DNA of 64,000 nucleotides from Blasia pusilla (Eukaryota): contig CM114271.1 in assembly GCA_050084515.1 (NCBI GenBank), forward strand, positions 22,754,001 to 22,818,000, given 5' to 3'. The position numbers were made by a program, and so were the translations under genes. This document shows, piece by piece, positions 38,095-52,200 of this stretch; position 1 is the stretch's first letter; the number at the start of each line of letters is the position of its first letter. The notes below the pieces were generated by a model. It was not told the DNA's origin. It did no database searches and saw nothing but the letters and a program-made list of their open reading frames with translations.

Positions 38095-40189
38095 TTCAAT
38101 TCCCCATTAAATTAAAAATTCTTTAATATGCACTAATTTTTATTTATTTTTTAAATAAAAATTTACTCCGTCTACATTGAAATATTTTTGCATGGTGTTA
38201 TATTAAGAGGTTTTGGCAATTCGGTTAGTAGTTTGTCGGAGATATTTTGTAATTTTGATATAGGTTTTCATTTGTTCTCTTTGTTCTAAAATCCTTGAAT
38301 GATGCTATGTTAGAATAAAAATTGAGAATATTTCAAAAAATTTCAAGCAACATCTTATTTTTTATGTTCTAAAAACTCGAATAAATTTTTTTAATTTAAA
38401 ATATAATTAGTTTAAGGGAAAATTGGGAAAAAAATTCATTAATGAAAATTTTATTTTTAAATTTTAATTTACTTTTTGGCTAATTTTATTTATGCATGGA
38501 CTTATGTATTTTTGAGGAATTTTGGGCAACTTAATTATAACTTTGTTTTAGGAGTTTTTTTCAAAAAAATTGTTAAAAAATCCATCACAACCAAGCTTGA
38601 AAATAAATTTGAAAAATGAATAAATAAAAATTAATTTCATGCTTTTTAATAAATTTAGGAAAACACCTTTTCCACTCTTCCATTTCTCAATATTCTGAAA
38701 ACGACGTAGTGCAAAAATGGGAGGTGTATTTACACATATTTATTTACATTCATGAGAGGTACTAAAAAATCTCAAAATATTAGGTTTCAAACTATAAATC
38801 ATCTATGCTACGAGAGCTCTTGATCGTTGATTTCTATCATGGATTCATTTTGAAGAACAACTCGTAATCAGGTTATCAATAACACTAGTGTCATCCTATC
38901 TACATTCTCACATTTACAATTAGTCAATGCCCTCTTCCAATGAGATGGTTCTACTAATTCACTAGATCACAGAGCCTCCATATCTCATCTTTGGGTGGAT
39001 ACATGATGGAAAATATGAATACCCAAACTATCTTTGTCAACTCATTTGGTGAATTCCTCCTCAACCTCAGTGAAGAACTGCATCACTTTAGCTAGTAGTT
39101 GGATATACATCCTCTTAAGATATCCTAAACATGGAATAGATATCGTGGGATCCTTCTACCATCTTGGAGTTGGAATCCAAGTTTCTTCCATTCATCATCA
39201 AATCATCCATGAGGTGTATAATGCAAAGTTTCTCGCTTGCCATCAGTTGAAATCTCTTGGCCATTGATAATTGATCTAATAAAGAAATTTTGTGTTGTAC
39301 ATATTGCAATATATTCGGATCCATCACATTTCTCTCCACACTTCCACTCTAGATCTTCCTCCCTATCTCGAAGTACTTGCAGAAATTATTTGGGAATGGG
39401 CTTTGGCAACCATACTTCAAATATCGCAATACATACTCTCACAAACAATGAAGATGAAAGACACAAGAATGGTGTCGCATTCTTGTATGGAGTCTATGCA
39501 TCTCCATGACTAGCACGTGGAACCAATCTAGTCAACTCCAAATATGCAATGCATGTCTTCAAGCTCCAATCTGAAAAGTTACATGACTCTATAGTCATTG
39601 TTCTCCCATTGAATCCCGCCAGAACATGGTTGATAATGGATGATCCTTCTCCGATCAGACACGAGATAGACATTCCTTACCCCTCATATCCTTGATGATC
39701 TTCTCATACTCATTATATCGTAGCCCTTACTCCCTTGGTTCTTGACCTGATGTAGGGGGTCAAGGCACTTCTCAAAATGAAATGTCTACTCTAGTTCTAA
39801 TATAAACTTATCCAAAATAGTAAGTTTCTCTATATAGCTCCAAATGAAATGAGCCAAAATGAAAAGGAAACCTACTCTCTCAAGTTAACCAAGGCCTCAA
39901 CTGGTCACCCTCAAACTATTGAAGTTTTCCTCCAATATTCTTGAAGGTGCTCTGCCAAAACTTGTCAATCTATCCTAAAAGATGTGATAAGCTTCTCAAT
40001 TCACCGTGTTTTCCCATTTGGAAATTCTACCTCTTTATTTTGATCCCTCTCTAAAGCCTCGTCTAAAGCCAAGACCAACTTCATCATTACGAGCATAATT
40101 ATATCTCTTGAATGGAAGTTTTTTGTTACACTAAGATCAATCAACATTCTAGCTCGAGATCCCTCTACCTCCCCATCTATGATAATCAG

Positions 40190-40661
40190 CAAGCTTGCAC
40201 AAGATAAAGTCCATGTCCGCAGACATGTCTATGCGGTACCGGGTACCCATAGACCCGGGCCTACACCCAAGGCCTTGAGCCCTTGAGCCCATAACGTAGA
40301 CTCAAGCTCAACTAACCCACACCCATTTTGTAGCCAACATGAAACCTGCGCGTGGCCTACGATAAGTTGGGCCCCCATTGGGCAGGCTCATGCCCGCGAT
40401 TGAGCATGCTAAGGGCCCATAGGGTTGCGCGAGCTTGAGTACGCCATGCGAGTGTGGTTCAGGCTCAATCGTAGGCCCTACGCGGGCCTATGCCCGCCCA
40501 ATGGGGGCCTAGCCCACCCTCCGGGAAGCGCGTGGGCTTCATGCGGGCTAAAATATGTGTGTGGGCTACTAAGCCGGGGTCTATATTACGAGCTCAACGG
40601 GCTTAGATGCAGAGGAAGGACCCGTTGGACTGTCAAGCATGCCCATTTCCATAAAACCTTG
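40190..40661. mobile_element. hAT-type MITE copy inserted in the Gypsy protease
   Basis: CAAGCTTGCAC ... AAAACCTTG; TSD ATAATCAG / ATAATGAG. The frame ETRLII|IDGEVEG rejoins on removal. Confidence 0.85.
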
Positions 40662-41599
40662 ATAATGAGACGGGTCTCTCCTCTCTTCAAACCATTTACC
40701 TCCAAATGTATGTGTCAATCCTCACTTTTCCTTCTTTTTGTAGAGTCAATATTTCCGCGAGGAGAATTTATTGGTTTCCCAAGGTTTCCCTTCTTCGTCA
40801 TTATATTCCTACATGTGTCTCCCTTCAAGATGATTAATAGAAGAACGATATGACTTATTTCCAAGCCTACGAAAGCAACAATTCATGGCTATATGGCTAT
40901 ATCTACCACACTAAAAATATTGGCGTGTATATCGTAAGACTTTTGATTCTCTCCCTCCTTGATTCTCTCCCTGCTTTAAGAACCCTCTTCATTTGAGGAC
41001 CAATCTCTTGAACATTGGGGTTCCCAATTCTCTCTATTCGTACCCTTCCATTAGATCTCCGTAGTGCATAACCATCCCATGCTTATTTTTTACTTTGTGC
41101 TTGCAAGTCACAAAACTCCTTAATGTAGTCCTCCATACTTTTTTTCTCCTCCAATCTCCTTGGTTTCATTCTAGCAATGAGAATGGGGTCCACAACTTGG
41201 AAATTTTGCAATATTTATTGTCTCATCCAACTCCATGTGATTTTTTGACTTATTTCAATCAAGAATCTCCCTTTCCTTGAAACCATGTCATGATCAATGC
41301 TCGATCTATTAACAAAGATCTTACAAATATCCTTCCAATATGATCATCGATGTTGAAAAGAGATAATTGAATTTCCATACGAGTGATCCAACCCTCTAGT
41401 ACCCCCATAACTCAACTTCCTTTATACCGTTCTACCTTACAGGCCTTTTCCATTTTCAATATTAATGACATTTGGGCATTCATCTCCACCACTTTGTGTG
41501 CTACATGGGCCTTTAATGCTCTTGTTGTTGTTCAAGTTTCCTCACTCTTCCCAGAAATCAAGATACTCATGATCTCCACCTCCATCTCATCGGGCGAAT

Positions 41600-41601
<2 letters not shown>

Positions 41602-41656
<55 letters not shown>
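41602..41656. repeat. (CT)n microsatellite
   Basis: About 27 perfect CT units. Confidence 0.98.
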
Positions 41657-41660
<4 letters not shown>

Positions 41661-43259
41661 TTTTTACCGGAGCAACTTCTTGTCCTAATTCTTAGACTTA
41701 ATTATAACTTTGGCTAATAAATGCAACCTCAATTTTCTCAATTCATGAATCATATCCCTTAGAGTTTCTTCCATTGTTACTCCATCTTTCCTTTCATGCT
41801 TTACTACCACTTTAATATAAGGTCGAGATTTACACTTGCCAATTTTGCACAATAGGGATTACAAAAGGCAGTGGCGACGCAATGACCTTATTATAATACT
41901 CTTGGCCAAACTCCCTCACCATAAACTCACTATATGCTACCTTGGGTTGATAGACCACATGGACTATACATTGAGTGTTAAAAAAAACTCGTGGAGGCCT
42001 ATTCAAGTCTTTCCCCATTTTCTCATTTAAAATAAAATATAAATAATGCAATCCCACACACGGTCATACATAACAATTGGAAGAATAGCGGGAAGCGAGA
42101 CTCCATCTTTTGTGTCATGAAAGCTTCACCAAAGTGATATACAAGATACCTTGTGAATCAATGTCTATCTAGATATAAGATTTTGATAATAAACGGATTT
42201 AGAAATGGAAAATTAGGAGTCACTCTCGCTTCCCCTCCATCTATTACCTAAAAAATTGCCCTTTTGCCTTATTCTAGTTGCATCTTAATAGCCGTTTCCA
42301 ACCTCTAACAAGCATCTTCAAACTCACAACACTAGATCATAACTTGGTTATTATTTCAAGAGTGATAATTCAATCTCATTGCAAGAGCAACCTTGCTCTC
42401 ATACCATTATAACCATCGAGCTCATGCGGTCATTCCTCGAGGATCATTCTAGAATTGCACTAAGATAGAATGCCCCTCGATGCCTCTCCTCTTCTTTTAT
42501 ATGCATGAAGATAAATGAGCGCTACTCATCCTTATGCCACGTGGTCTCTTGTCCTTGCATGAGAAGATCTTCTTTGGACTCTAGTATCATTATCTCATCT
42601 TTAAGTTATCATATCTATCCATGATCTCGTCATTATCTTATTTTTTTACCAACCTACAGACCCACTCTCATCTTTATCACATGTTATTTGTCTTTTCTAT
42701 TTTTGGTTGGTTCTTTCTCACTTATATGCTATATAATATACACTCTAACATGACTAACAAAGGATGTTTATAATATCATTTTTAATGTGATTTTAGCCTT
42801 TGATGAATATTTGAAACACTTGCAATTTGAGAAAAGCGGCAGAAAGTTCCTTAACATCAATACATTGAGAGATCATAATGGTAAGTACTTGGAGGCTATT
42901 TTAACCTTCCAGATTAATTTTTCTAAGAGTATATGCGTAAGTTTACACGTTCAATTTTGGGATATTAATAGATTGATCGGTGCAATGACATTATTGAATC
43001 CTCTACATATGGCTTTAAGGCAAGTAAGGTTGAATAGTTGGGGTTGTAAAGTCGAGTCGTGTGCACATTTTGGAGGGGTACTACCCTTGAGGGGTAATTT
43101 AGAGCCTGCTATTGTTAACCATGGAGTAGAAGAACATGAATTTTAATCATTCAAGCTCATGTCCAAAACTAAATGGAAAGACATAAACTTTCCGGACGTA
43201 TGGGCTACGGTAAGTTGGAGTCTATCATTGCAATGTAAGTTCCCTAGCCTACTTGTGTT

Positions 43260-44548
43260 TATGGTTGCACGGAAACGGACATATCTGAACTGCACCCGAG
43301 CCCGCCTAGAGCCCGCACTCATTGTGTGGCCCACAACCCGGTCGCGGTGCAGGCTATAGCCTTGGGCGGGCTGGGCGTGGGCTTGAGGTCCACACCGCAA
43401 GATTTGATCCAGCGCACCACATGTAGTCCGCTGGACCAAATCTTGGTATAGTGGACTAATTTTCTCAGGCCTTGAGCCCGTGCCCAGGGCCCGCACCCAA
43501 GGTTGCATGGAAACAAACAAGTCCGAACATGTCCTTGAACATGCCCAGTCCGCACGTGGTCCCGCACCCAAGCCCGCCATCTAGACACAGGCTCAAAGAG
43601 CCTGCACCCGTTGTATGGCCCACATGGTCTGCTTAGTGCGGGCAGCCGCGGCCTCCACGCGGGCAAGTGCAAGCTCCACACGGGCAAAGGCGGGCAGGCG
43701 TGGGCTAGGACGGGCAAGCGTGGGCTCAGAGCGGATTGGGGGTGGGCTAGGCGGCCAGGTGGGGGCTCCGTTCGGGCTCGAGGCGGACAATTGTGGGCTC
43801 CCGAAGGGCAGGTGCAGGCTCTCAACGGGCAAGTGCTTGCTCAGGCGGGCATGCGCAGGCTCCAAGCGAGCAAACACGGGCTCAAGGCAGGCAGGGTGCG
43901 GTGTCCCGAAAGGCACGTGCGGGAAGGCGCGGGCTCCAAGTGGGCAAACACGGGATGAAGGCAGGCAGGGCGCGATGTCTCGAAAGGCACGTGTAGGTAG
44001 GCGCGGGCTCCAAGCGGGCAAACACGGGTTGAAGGGAGGCAAGGCACGGGGTCGCGGAAGCCAAGTGCGGGCAGACGCGGGCTCAAGTCAGGTAGGGCGC
44101 GCGCAGGTGCGGGCTCAAGGACCCGCAAAATTCGGTCCGGCAGACCATCTGCACGGTCCAGGAGACCAAATTTTGGTCTAGCGGACGAAAATTTTGCGGG
44201 CCCTAGGCGGGCCTCGAGCCCACATCTAAGGCATGCACCGAGCCCGCCCCAGGCCGGGATGTGGGATGCGGGCTTGGATGCGGGCTCGGGTGTGGGCTCC
44301 AAGTTCTGCGCCAGCACGGACATGTCCGTGTGCAACCTTGTCCACATCCAGCCCGCCTTAGGCCGAGCTGCGGGCCACGTAACAAACGCGGGCTCCGGGC
44401 GGGTTCGGGTGCAGGTTTGGATGCGGGCTCAAGTGTGGGCCCCGCCCGAGTACTCAAGCCCGCACAGACATGTCTATCCATCGGACGGACATAAGTTCAC
44501 GGATATGGACATGTCCGCGGACACAGACTTTGTCTGTGTACAACCTTG
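43260..44548. mobile_element. hAT-type MITE (outer copy of a nested pair)
   Basis: TATGGTTGCACGGAAAC ... TACAACCTTG; TSD CTTGTGTT / CATGTGTT. Confidence 0.9.
43498..44340. mobile_element. hAT-type MITE (inner copy)
   Basis: CAAGGTTGCA ... TGCAACCTTG (perfect 10-bp TIR); flanks CCCGCACC / TCCACATC (three transitions). Confidence 0.82.
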
Positions 44549-45850
44549 CATGTGTTAGCTAATATTGCTAGAATAAAAGGTGTGAGTGCTTCTATTTGTG
44601 AGAGTGTTCTCTCTTGAAAATACTATCAAGACTAAAAGTCGTAATAGATTGATGAAAAAATATTTGGATAATTTACTCAAGATTTCTTTAGAGGTGCTAA
44701 TATCTACTTATGAGGCTCTCTTGGTTGAAGCAATAACACTTTGGAAAATTTTTGCATAATTTAAAGAGGTGTATTCCAATTTAGAGAAATATGTCTATAG
44801 GTGACATTCCAATAGAAGAAGTAAATGAGCAGTGGAATATAGAGATTCATCAATATTTTTTTAGCTAGCACTATTTCCCGACAACTTACCGAAAGACTTT
44901 AACAGAAAAGCACCAAATGAACTTAAGAAATTTCTAAAATTTATAAAAATCATAAATATTTCCTCTTCCTACCGGAAACTAAACGTGATTTTTTCACTAC
45001 GATTTGGCTGTTGGAAATATCGGGTTCCAAGAGAAAAAAAAACTCCCATATAATATTTATTTATATTATTATTGGAGAATTATTTCTTAATTGATTTGTA
45101 AACACTTCTATGGTAACCCGGAAAAAAAGTTTCCTCTTTATAGAATAAATTAGCCCCCCGTTGCACACCGGTAATTCTTATCAAATTGAATCATCAAAAC
45201 AACTCTTAAAAAAAACTATAGAAAGGTTTAGTATGTTCTTTTAGTACTTTCTTAAGGTGTGAAGTGTGCACATGGAGGCTTATTTTCTAGCAGTCAGCGC
45301 AGATCTTTTCGCGATGAGTATTGAAAGCCGCAAATTTTAGGAAAGAATTTTACGACGAGCTATTGTGTTTAAGAGTGGGGACTGGCTCAAAGCCGTGGGG
45401 TTGCAGTAACATTGTTCGTTCGGTGCAGGGAAATTCATGGACTGCAAAACTTGCAGACTGTGACTGTCATGAATCACTCCTTGCAGGGCTGACTCCTATT
45501 CGCTCCCTCCTATTCACTCATTGCTACCCCCTGTGAAATTTCAGTTCGCGCCGTAGAAGCAAATTACAACTGGCCGCAGGCGTTGGTGGTCAGAGTCTTC
45601 AATCCTGCATACACCACCCTTCTAACGGACAACGAAAACAGGTTTTCCGCGTGCGCTGCAGCAGCAACATTACTCTTCTGCCCTAGTCATCATGCTGTGG
45701 CCACAAACTTTTCGGCTGGTTTCGCCAACTTTCGGGGAAGGAAGGCGGGCTGGGGTTTCCATTGTCTCCACCGCTCTGAAGTTGGACTGTGAGACCCTCC
45801 CTGAGCAAAAATGGAATGCTCGGCTGTTCATTTGGACAAGTGCGAGCTCA

Positions 45851-46295
45851 AGTGGTGGCCCAAGGGCGAATGCTCCGCCGCCGCCGCCGGACACACATCT
45901 ACAGTCGACTACACGAGGGACACATCTTCATCCCCCTGGCCATAGAGATGTATGGGGCTATGGGGGAGAGGTTCGACTCGTTCCTTACGGACTGCGCCCA
46001 TCATCTCCACTCGAGAAATGGGTTGTCCTTAGCTACTGCGATTCTGTATTGTAGGCAGCGGGTCTCCATAGCGTTGCAGCGTGCCCAGGCTAATGGGATT
46101 TTGTGGCGGGCTCAGGCTGTGGGAGACGCCGGCGCTAGAGGCCCACTTAGTAGTAGTCATAGCTCTCTTGTTGTTGCTGATATTGTCTCTGCTGTTGGTG
46201 AGTTTCGTCTTTAGAGGGGGGAATGCCCCCTTCTTCCTTTTCTGGTCCTGTTGTGGCCTTGCCTTCAGGTTTTATGGAAGTGCATCTTCTCTTCA
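45851..46295 (+). mobile_element. 5-prime-truncated CRE-like retroelement (RLE C-terminus plus 3-prime UTR), a different subfamily from the 6.7-10.7 kb copy
   Basis: FIPLAIEMYG..FDSFLTDCAHHL..YCRQRVSIALQRAQA..RAQAVGD aligns with FIPFAVEVFG..FDTFLKTCAHHS..YFRQCISMALQHAQA..RAEVVGD. Confidence 0.88.
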
Positions 46296-49272
46296 TTTGG
46301 ACAAACGCAACTGCACCAACTGTGTCCCAGGTATGGCAAAGTGTACCACTAAGGAAACGCGCCAGACCTACTCTGGGCGAATAAATATATGGAATAGTGA
46401 GAAGTACTCGTACTCATAATTGATACAACCAACCAATGGCGTGAATGGTACCAGCAGCTAGCTAGAACAGATGTCCTGTGTGCATAGATTGCAGGCTCTT
46501 GCAGGAGGGCTGTCGATGTCTACCCCTGAGTGAGCATAAACTTTAAGGCATTGAATGAAATGTTCAGATCTGCACAGGGAATCAGATAAGCCAATTGCGG
46601 CTGCGCGGCGTTCCACATTGCTTGTACGTGTAAGCCAGTTCAACTAACCTCGCAGTGGCGCGCGAAAGCGGGGAGTCCATGTATGATTTAATTGCTGCTT
46701 CGTCGACTGGAGCTGTGCTCGCTCGGTACTGATGTAGATAATCCCCGTCGCCCAATATTGATGCTTGGTTCGAGTCATGATCATGCGCAGGAGTCTGTTA
46801 CATTCTTGAATTTGAACCGAGTTCCCCCCTCCATGGTCTCCAGGCGTAGGGTGGCCCCACCCACTCTCGATGAAGCTGTCACGTCCGTGTTCATATGCAT
46901 GCACTCTCACGATTCAGAAGTTTGGGTCACATCTACATTCAGTTACGTCGCACTGACAACAATAGGAGTGTACATCTCAGCCCAGATGCCGCCCCATGTG
47001 GCTAGGTTCGCTCCGAGGTCTTATTCGGAGGTCAGTAGTCGCTTTCAAAATCAGGGATCTGAGAATCGTCATGATCAGTCGTAATGGAGATAGCCAACCT
47101 TGGCCCTCGAAACAAATAGAGCCCGGTCGGTTATCTTCTCGGAAACCGTACGTGATAGAAATCCAGAGGTGTCAAAGCGGTAGCCTCCAATTCTGTGTCA
47201 AGAGCAGTCTGGCACTGGGGAGAGGCAAATGATTGGCACGGTGCCGCTGGATATCCAATTAAGTTTGAAGCTCGCGTTGAGCTAGTCGCGGAAATGGCGC
47301 TTGTAGAAGGCGAGAATGAAGCAGGAGAGCACTTTCTTCAACATTCACCGAACGAAAGAGTCTCGTAGCCAGCATGTGCTCACGACCGAAACGCAATCAA
47401 GATAAGGCAGAATCCGAGATGGATGCGCTACTTCACGGAACGGGATATCTTCTCGTCGGTGCAGTTCATCAGCTGCCATCCTAAGCGTGTGACCGGCCAG
47501 TCTGCCTTCTGAAACCATCCCAAGTTCGCTTGATTTGGTTATACTCAGAATTCTCCAGCTCCAACATTTCTTTTGGAACTACTCTGAAAACAATCGCACC
47601 GGAGCCAGACCTGCTCACAGCTCGTCCCTGAAGAGAAACAAAACTACAACTCCCGATTGGTTCATTCAAATGCTAACATTCCACGGATCCAGAATGTTTG
47701 CAGCTCAAGGCAAGTTCGAGATTTATGAGCTTTCCAAGGGCTACTGCTAGTGTCTAAGTGCATCTGGTTCAACCTTTCCAGGTACGTCTGGAAGGAGGTC
47801 CGTTGGATACTTGGCAGCTATTGGCAGCGCCGATCGTCACAGACCGACTAAAGTGATTGCTCACCTGTGCGGCCGATGAAGGCCACTCGGTAAACCGCGC
47901 TCCCGCTTCGAATTCGTCCTCGAGCCTGGTGAGTTCCTACTCCGTGTGAAGTTCGGACGGCATTTCCTCAAAAATAGCACATCGAAAATCAGCATCCGTT
48001 TCGACCAATTGGTGTCCATCCAAAGCCGGAAATCCATGATTAGACAGGTGCGAGAATCAGAAGTCCTACGACGGTTCCTGAGGAACCTTTCAACTGCAAT
48101 CAATTCTCATTCATTCATCAAAAGCAGACAATCTATCGTTTCTAGAACCTTCACTAACAGGCCCCTACTACGCTGCTAAATCCTTAATCAGTTAATAGAC
48201 CTGCAGCGGCACGTCTAGGGTAGGGTCATAGAGATGACAACTCGCTCGTGCGATGATGACATCCTATCTCTCCCTGAGTCCCTCTCTCCCTGCGCTTCAA
48301 ATTGCTGCGGTTATGTTTGGTCGCAAGGCTACGACAGGCACTCTTTAAGGGAGTGCAGTCTCCCCATTCTATGGGGTGCATGACAGGCGGGATCTACTTA
48401 ATGGTTACAGTCTCAGTCTGTCAATTCTTAGCCTCCCTCCAATCCGAATCTTCCATATCTCCTTACTTACTACGTCATTCATTCACTTCGTGTCGGGCCC
48501 GAGCCCAAAAGCATCGGAGCTGGCCCGAATTGTGAAAATAAACGGGAGGCCAACACGCGTCCATATAAGTGGTCTCACGAGTCCATGGAGGTCCCAGGGG
48601 ACTACAAATTCAACTGAACTCATGCCACTTACTCGCGTCATCCAACGAAGTACGAGTAGCACGTAGTCTACTCTCCGGTTCCGCGGCACTGCAACGTCTG
48701 AGAACGACGACGCATAAGCACACGAATGAAGGAGATCAGAAAGATCAGTGGTAAAGGCAGACAGGCAGGAAACGTGGCCAAATCTCATAAAAAGGAGGAC
48801 CGTTTGAGTGAAGTCACTTGCACGTAATCCTCACTAGAGTGAGATAGCTTCGACAATCCCCTCGTTCTTTCTAGCCACCGTTTCTTTTTATTTTTCTTTT
48901 CCTTTTTCGTTTCCCCCGGTAATGCGCATTCTGTTCCATTTTTGTGCGCACTCGAGAAGGTGCTGCTTTAGCAGTCATTGATATCGCAGAGAAGCGCTAG
49001 AACTAGCTGGAAAAGGGGGCTGCTCTTGGACTCGCTCGATTTCTCAAATGTGGAAGAAATATACCACGAGAACAATATATTTACATATATAGCAGAGTGA
49101 TTGATGTAGCAATTATATATCGAAGCCTGTCGGTCTTTGTCCCGAGCATGTTCTGTGCCTCGATCAAGTTCGATACAAATCTTGGGAATCTCGTCTTGTT
49201 TCGTATGTCGACTGGCATGAATCACAAATCTGACGAATCTGAGAAAAATACGTGCAGGTAACAGCCGTGGAG

Positions 49273-52200
49273 ATGGCAGGACGAAGGCGAAGTGTCCCAG
49301 TGGTTGCAGTGATACTTCTCGCAGCGACACTCCTGAGGGATTTTCATCCGACGATGGGTAATACAAGCAGCAGCCCTCTGGTGCCTGCGTTCATAATATT
49401 GGGCGATTCTACTGTAGACGTGGGCACAAACAATCACTTGCTGACAGTGGTCCGATGCGATTTCGACCCGTATGGCCGAGATCTGCAGCAGCTGCCCAGA
49501 GGACGCTTCTCCAATGGTCTCCTGGTCCCCGACTACCTCGGTACGTACTGATCGTACCAGATTTAACAACCATCTTGACAGCCATAAATTGATCACAGAA
49601 TCGTACAGAGGAGACAACATGATCTAGGCTACTAACATGGTTCACGAATGGGGCATTGAAAGATGTGATGTCGCCCTCAGACCTTACCTTGAATTGATTT
49701 TGAGTTCTGTTGGAGGAAAGAGGCCAATCGTGCAGTTGACACTTCTCAGTGTATGAAATTCGCTCGCTTCTTATACGGCATCCCTTTGTCATGGGCCAAC
49801 TGCCTCGAGGAAATTTCAAATCTGTAGACTGACCAGGCAGGTCACGGATGGCCTGCCTTCGTGGGTTTTAGACCTCGAAGGAAAATGAATTCTGATATGT
49901 AGAGAGAAAGTACGCCGCTGCTGCAGCGCTCGCATCAGCTTGAGGAGGTCCAGTACAAGATAGAATTTGCTTTCACAAATGCTGTTGTTCGTTTTTGGTG
50001 CAGCTCGAGAATTGGGCCTCCCATTTCCTATATCATACTCCGACACAAAAGCGGAAGGGGATATTAGACTCTTGACCGGCGCCAACTTTGCATCTTCTGG
50101 CTCAGGATGGCTCAACTTAACTGCCCAGATTTACGTAAGAGCTTCACTCAGGATTCAACGTCTCTCCATTCTAAATGAACCGAGATTCACACAAATTTCC
50201 CCTCCTCTGATCTAATTCCCTGTTCATTTCTTCCTTCTACTGCAACCATTCTATTCCAGTCACTAGCAACGTCCACCCAGAGCGCAAGGTCTGCATCGCC
50301 TGTAGACTAATTCTCTCTCGACTGTAGATCAATGTCAGTTGTAGCGGTTGTTGAAATGACCATGTCATTGGGGGGGAGCATCATAGGGAAGTCCAGCTAT
50401 ATCGTGCCATGTACCACCGCTTAAAGAAGGCTCAACGGATTGTTATTACTTCCTCCTACCGAACTTGAATTGTAGGAAAAAGGGCGATTGGACGTAGAGT
50501 GACGAAAAGCCAGGCAAGAAATCTTAACGAAGTGTGGTGGAAGCTCAAATAAAATTCATAGCTTTCACTGCGTTTTTCTTTTTCCGAACGGATACAAGAC
50601 ATGAATAAAAGGAACTCATCGGAAGGTGGGAGGAGTCAGAGAGTCGGGGAACATCAAGGCCACACCCGGCCTTGGGTTTCTTGAGCCAGGGCTCAAGAAC
50701 GCATGTCGAAATGGGACAGCCTCCCTCTTTCGGAATGCCACTGACGGACAAGGAAGATATATGGGGAGACAAATAACAGCCTGCATAGTGTGGGTGAAGA
50801 AGTGGATGAGGTTGGCCACATGAATGCAAGAAATTCACTGAGAGCACACACTCCCTTCCACTTCAAAATTGCCAAGCTTCTGTCTCCGTAGCTTCTATCC
50901 AGGTACAATTACCTACAGTCTTTGCCAAAGGTCCTACGTTTTGTTGGGTACGCACACACGCACACTACATGAGAAAGTCCGCTACAACCTTTCCTGTCAC
51001 TAGCACCTTCCACCTTGAGTAGTGATTCACTGCCCAAATCTGCTGCACTTGTAAGTCACGTGTATTGGGAATCCCATTTAGGTGAGGAAGATCGTGTTGT
51101 TAAGAGCTCCTTCGTTGATACCTGGAATCTTCGCAACCACACTCTGTATGGTCAGCACTCGCACGATCAGAGAGAAATCTCCCTAATATCGAATAGTTTC
51201 TTTTCACTTCTTCCTTTCTCTGCAAGAACCCATCCTAGTCTCTAGCACCGTCAACCTTGTGGGTTTCTGTGGTCGCAGGTTACCACAGGCACTATTTCAG
51301 GAGAACAGTCTCTCTCCATGTGGCCTATATTCAGTGCCCAAAGCTGCTGCACCGGCAAGTAACATGTATCGGCGATCTCAATCAGATCAGTAGATTAAAG
51401 AGGTTTTGTAAGGAGATTCTTAGTTGCTACCTAAAAGCTCCGCACCAACACTCTGTATGGTCAGCACTCACACTTATGGGTGTCTCCCTCATCTCCAGCT
51501 GTGTTTTTCTCACTTCTTCCTCCCTCTCCACTCATCCTACTCTCTAGGGTGTAGTCGCGGGATCTATGGTCGCAATTCTACAGCAGGCACTTGTTGATGG
51601 GAACCGTCCCATGTTTCAAGGTGGGGGGGAATTTTTGGTCGGCGAGAGCACGGAGTGTAGGAAATTTTCTCTTCATGATCACTAGTGCACTGTATCTCTC
51701 GCGGGTTGTATGTGGGCTTCAATACCCAGTGCTGAAGTATTGTGATCATGATTTGCTGATCGCCACTAGAGAGCATAAGCCCACGCGCGTTGGGTGTACT
51801 TGCGCGCCTCCCTAGATTATGGTCAAAACGTCGTTATCTGACATCCAGACACAGAGACTCTGTTTAAAGGTCAGACAATTTATGAAACTTGAAACCTTGT
51901 GAATTCGCTCAGATGTGAGCCGCTTGCCAGGTGCAAATTGGAATCGGCTTCCCCTGTGAACGACAAAAGCACTCACAAAAGCTCTCCAGTAAGTCTTTGC
52001 TTGCTGTTCAGTAATGCGCACCGCCACAACGTCGCACGTTAGGGGGGATACATGCTTACCTGACGGAGCAGGATCAGTGGCTTCGACCTTCAACCTAAAC
52101 TTTGACCTAAGATATTCTTCCATGTCCCAAATCATGTCATGCGTGGGTAGTCTTCTCTCCTTGGCATCTGAGCCTAGCCTTGGAGAGAACAACTTTGTCA

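Larger units (their letters stand above)
38900..42681 (-). mobile_element. Decayed Ty3/Gypsy LTR retrotransposon
   Basis: Putative LTR 42408-42681 and Met-tRNA PBS-like TGGTATGAGAGC (42395-42406). Gag relic ARMKPRRLEEKKSMEDYIKSF, zinc knuckle YF*CGRYSHIAMNC (about 40880-40925), protease ARMLIDLSVTKNF (40001-40192), integrase-like relic 39030-39520. 3-prime end not found. Confidence 0.75.
42700..44770 (+). pseudogene. hAT transposase C-terminal relic (dimerisation domain), interrupted by nested MITEs
   Basis: Removing 43260-44548 joins FPDVWAT...CKFPSLL|VLANIARIKGVSASICES then (frameshift) LENTIKTKSRNRL...LDNLLKISLE, the FPxLxxLA...VSxAxCERxFS...KTKxRNRL pattern. Confidence 0.82.
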
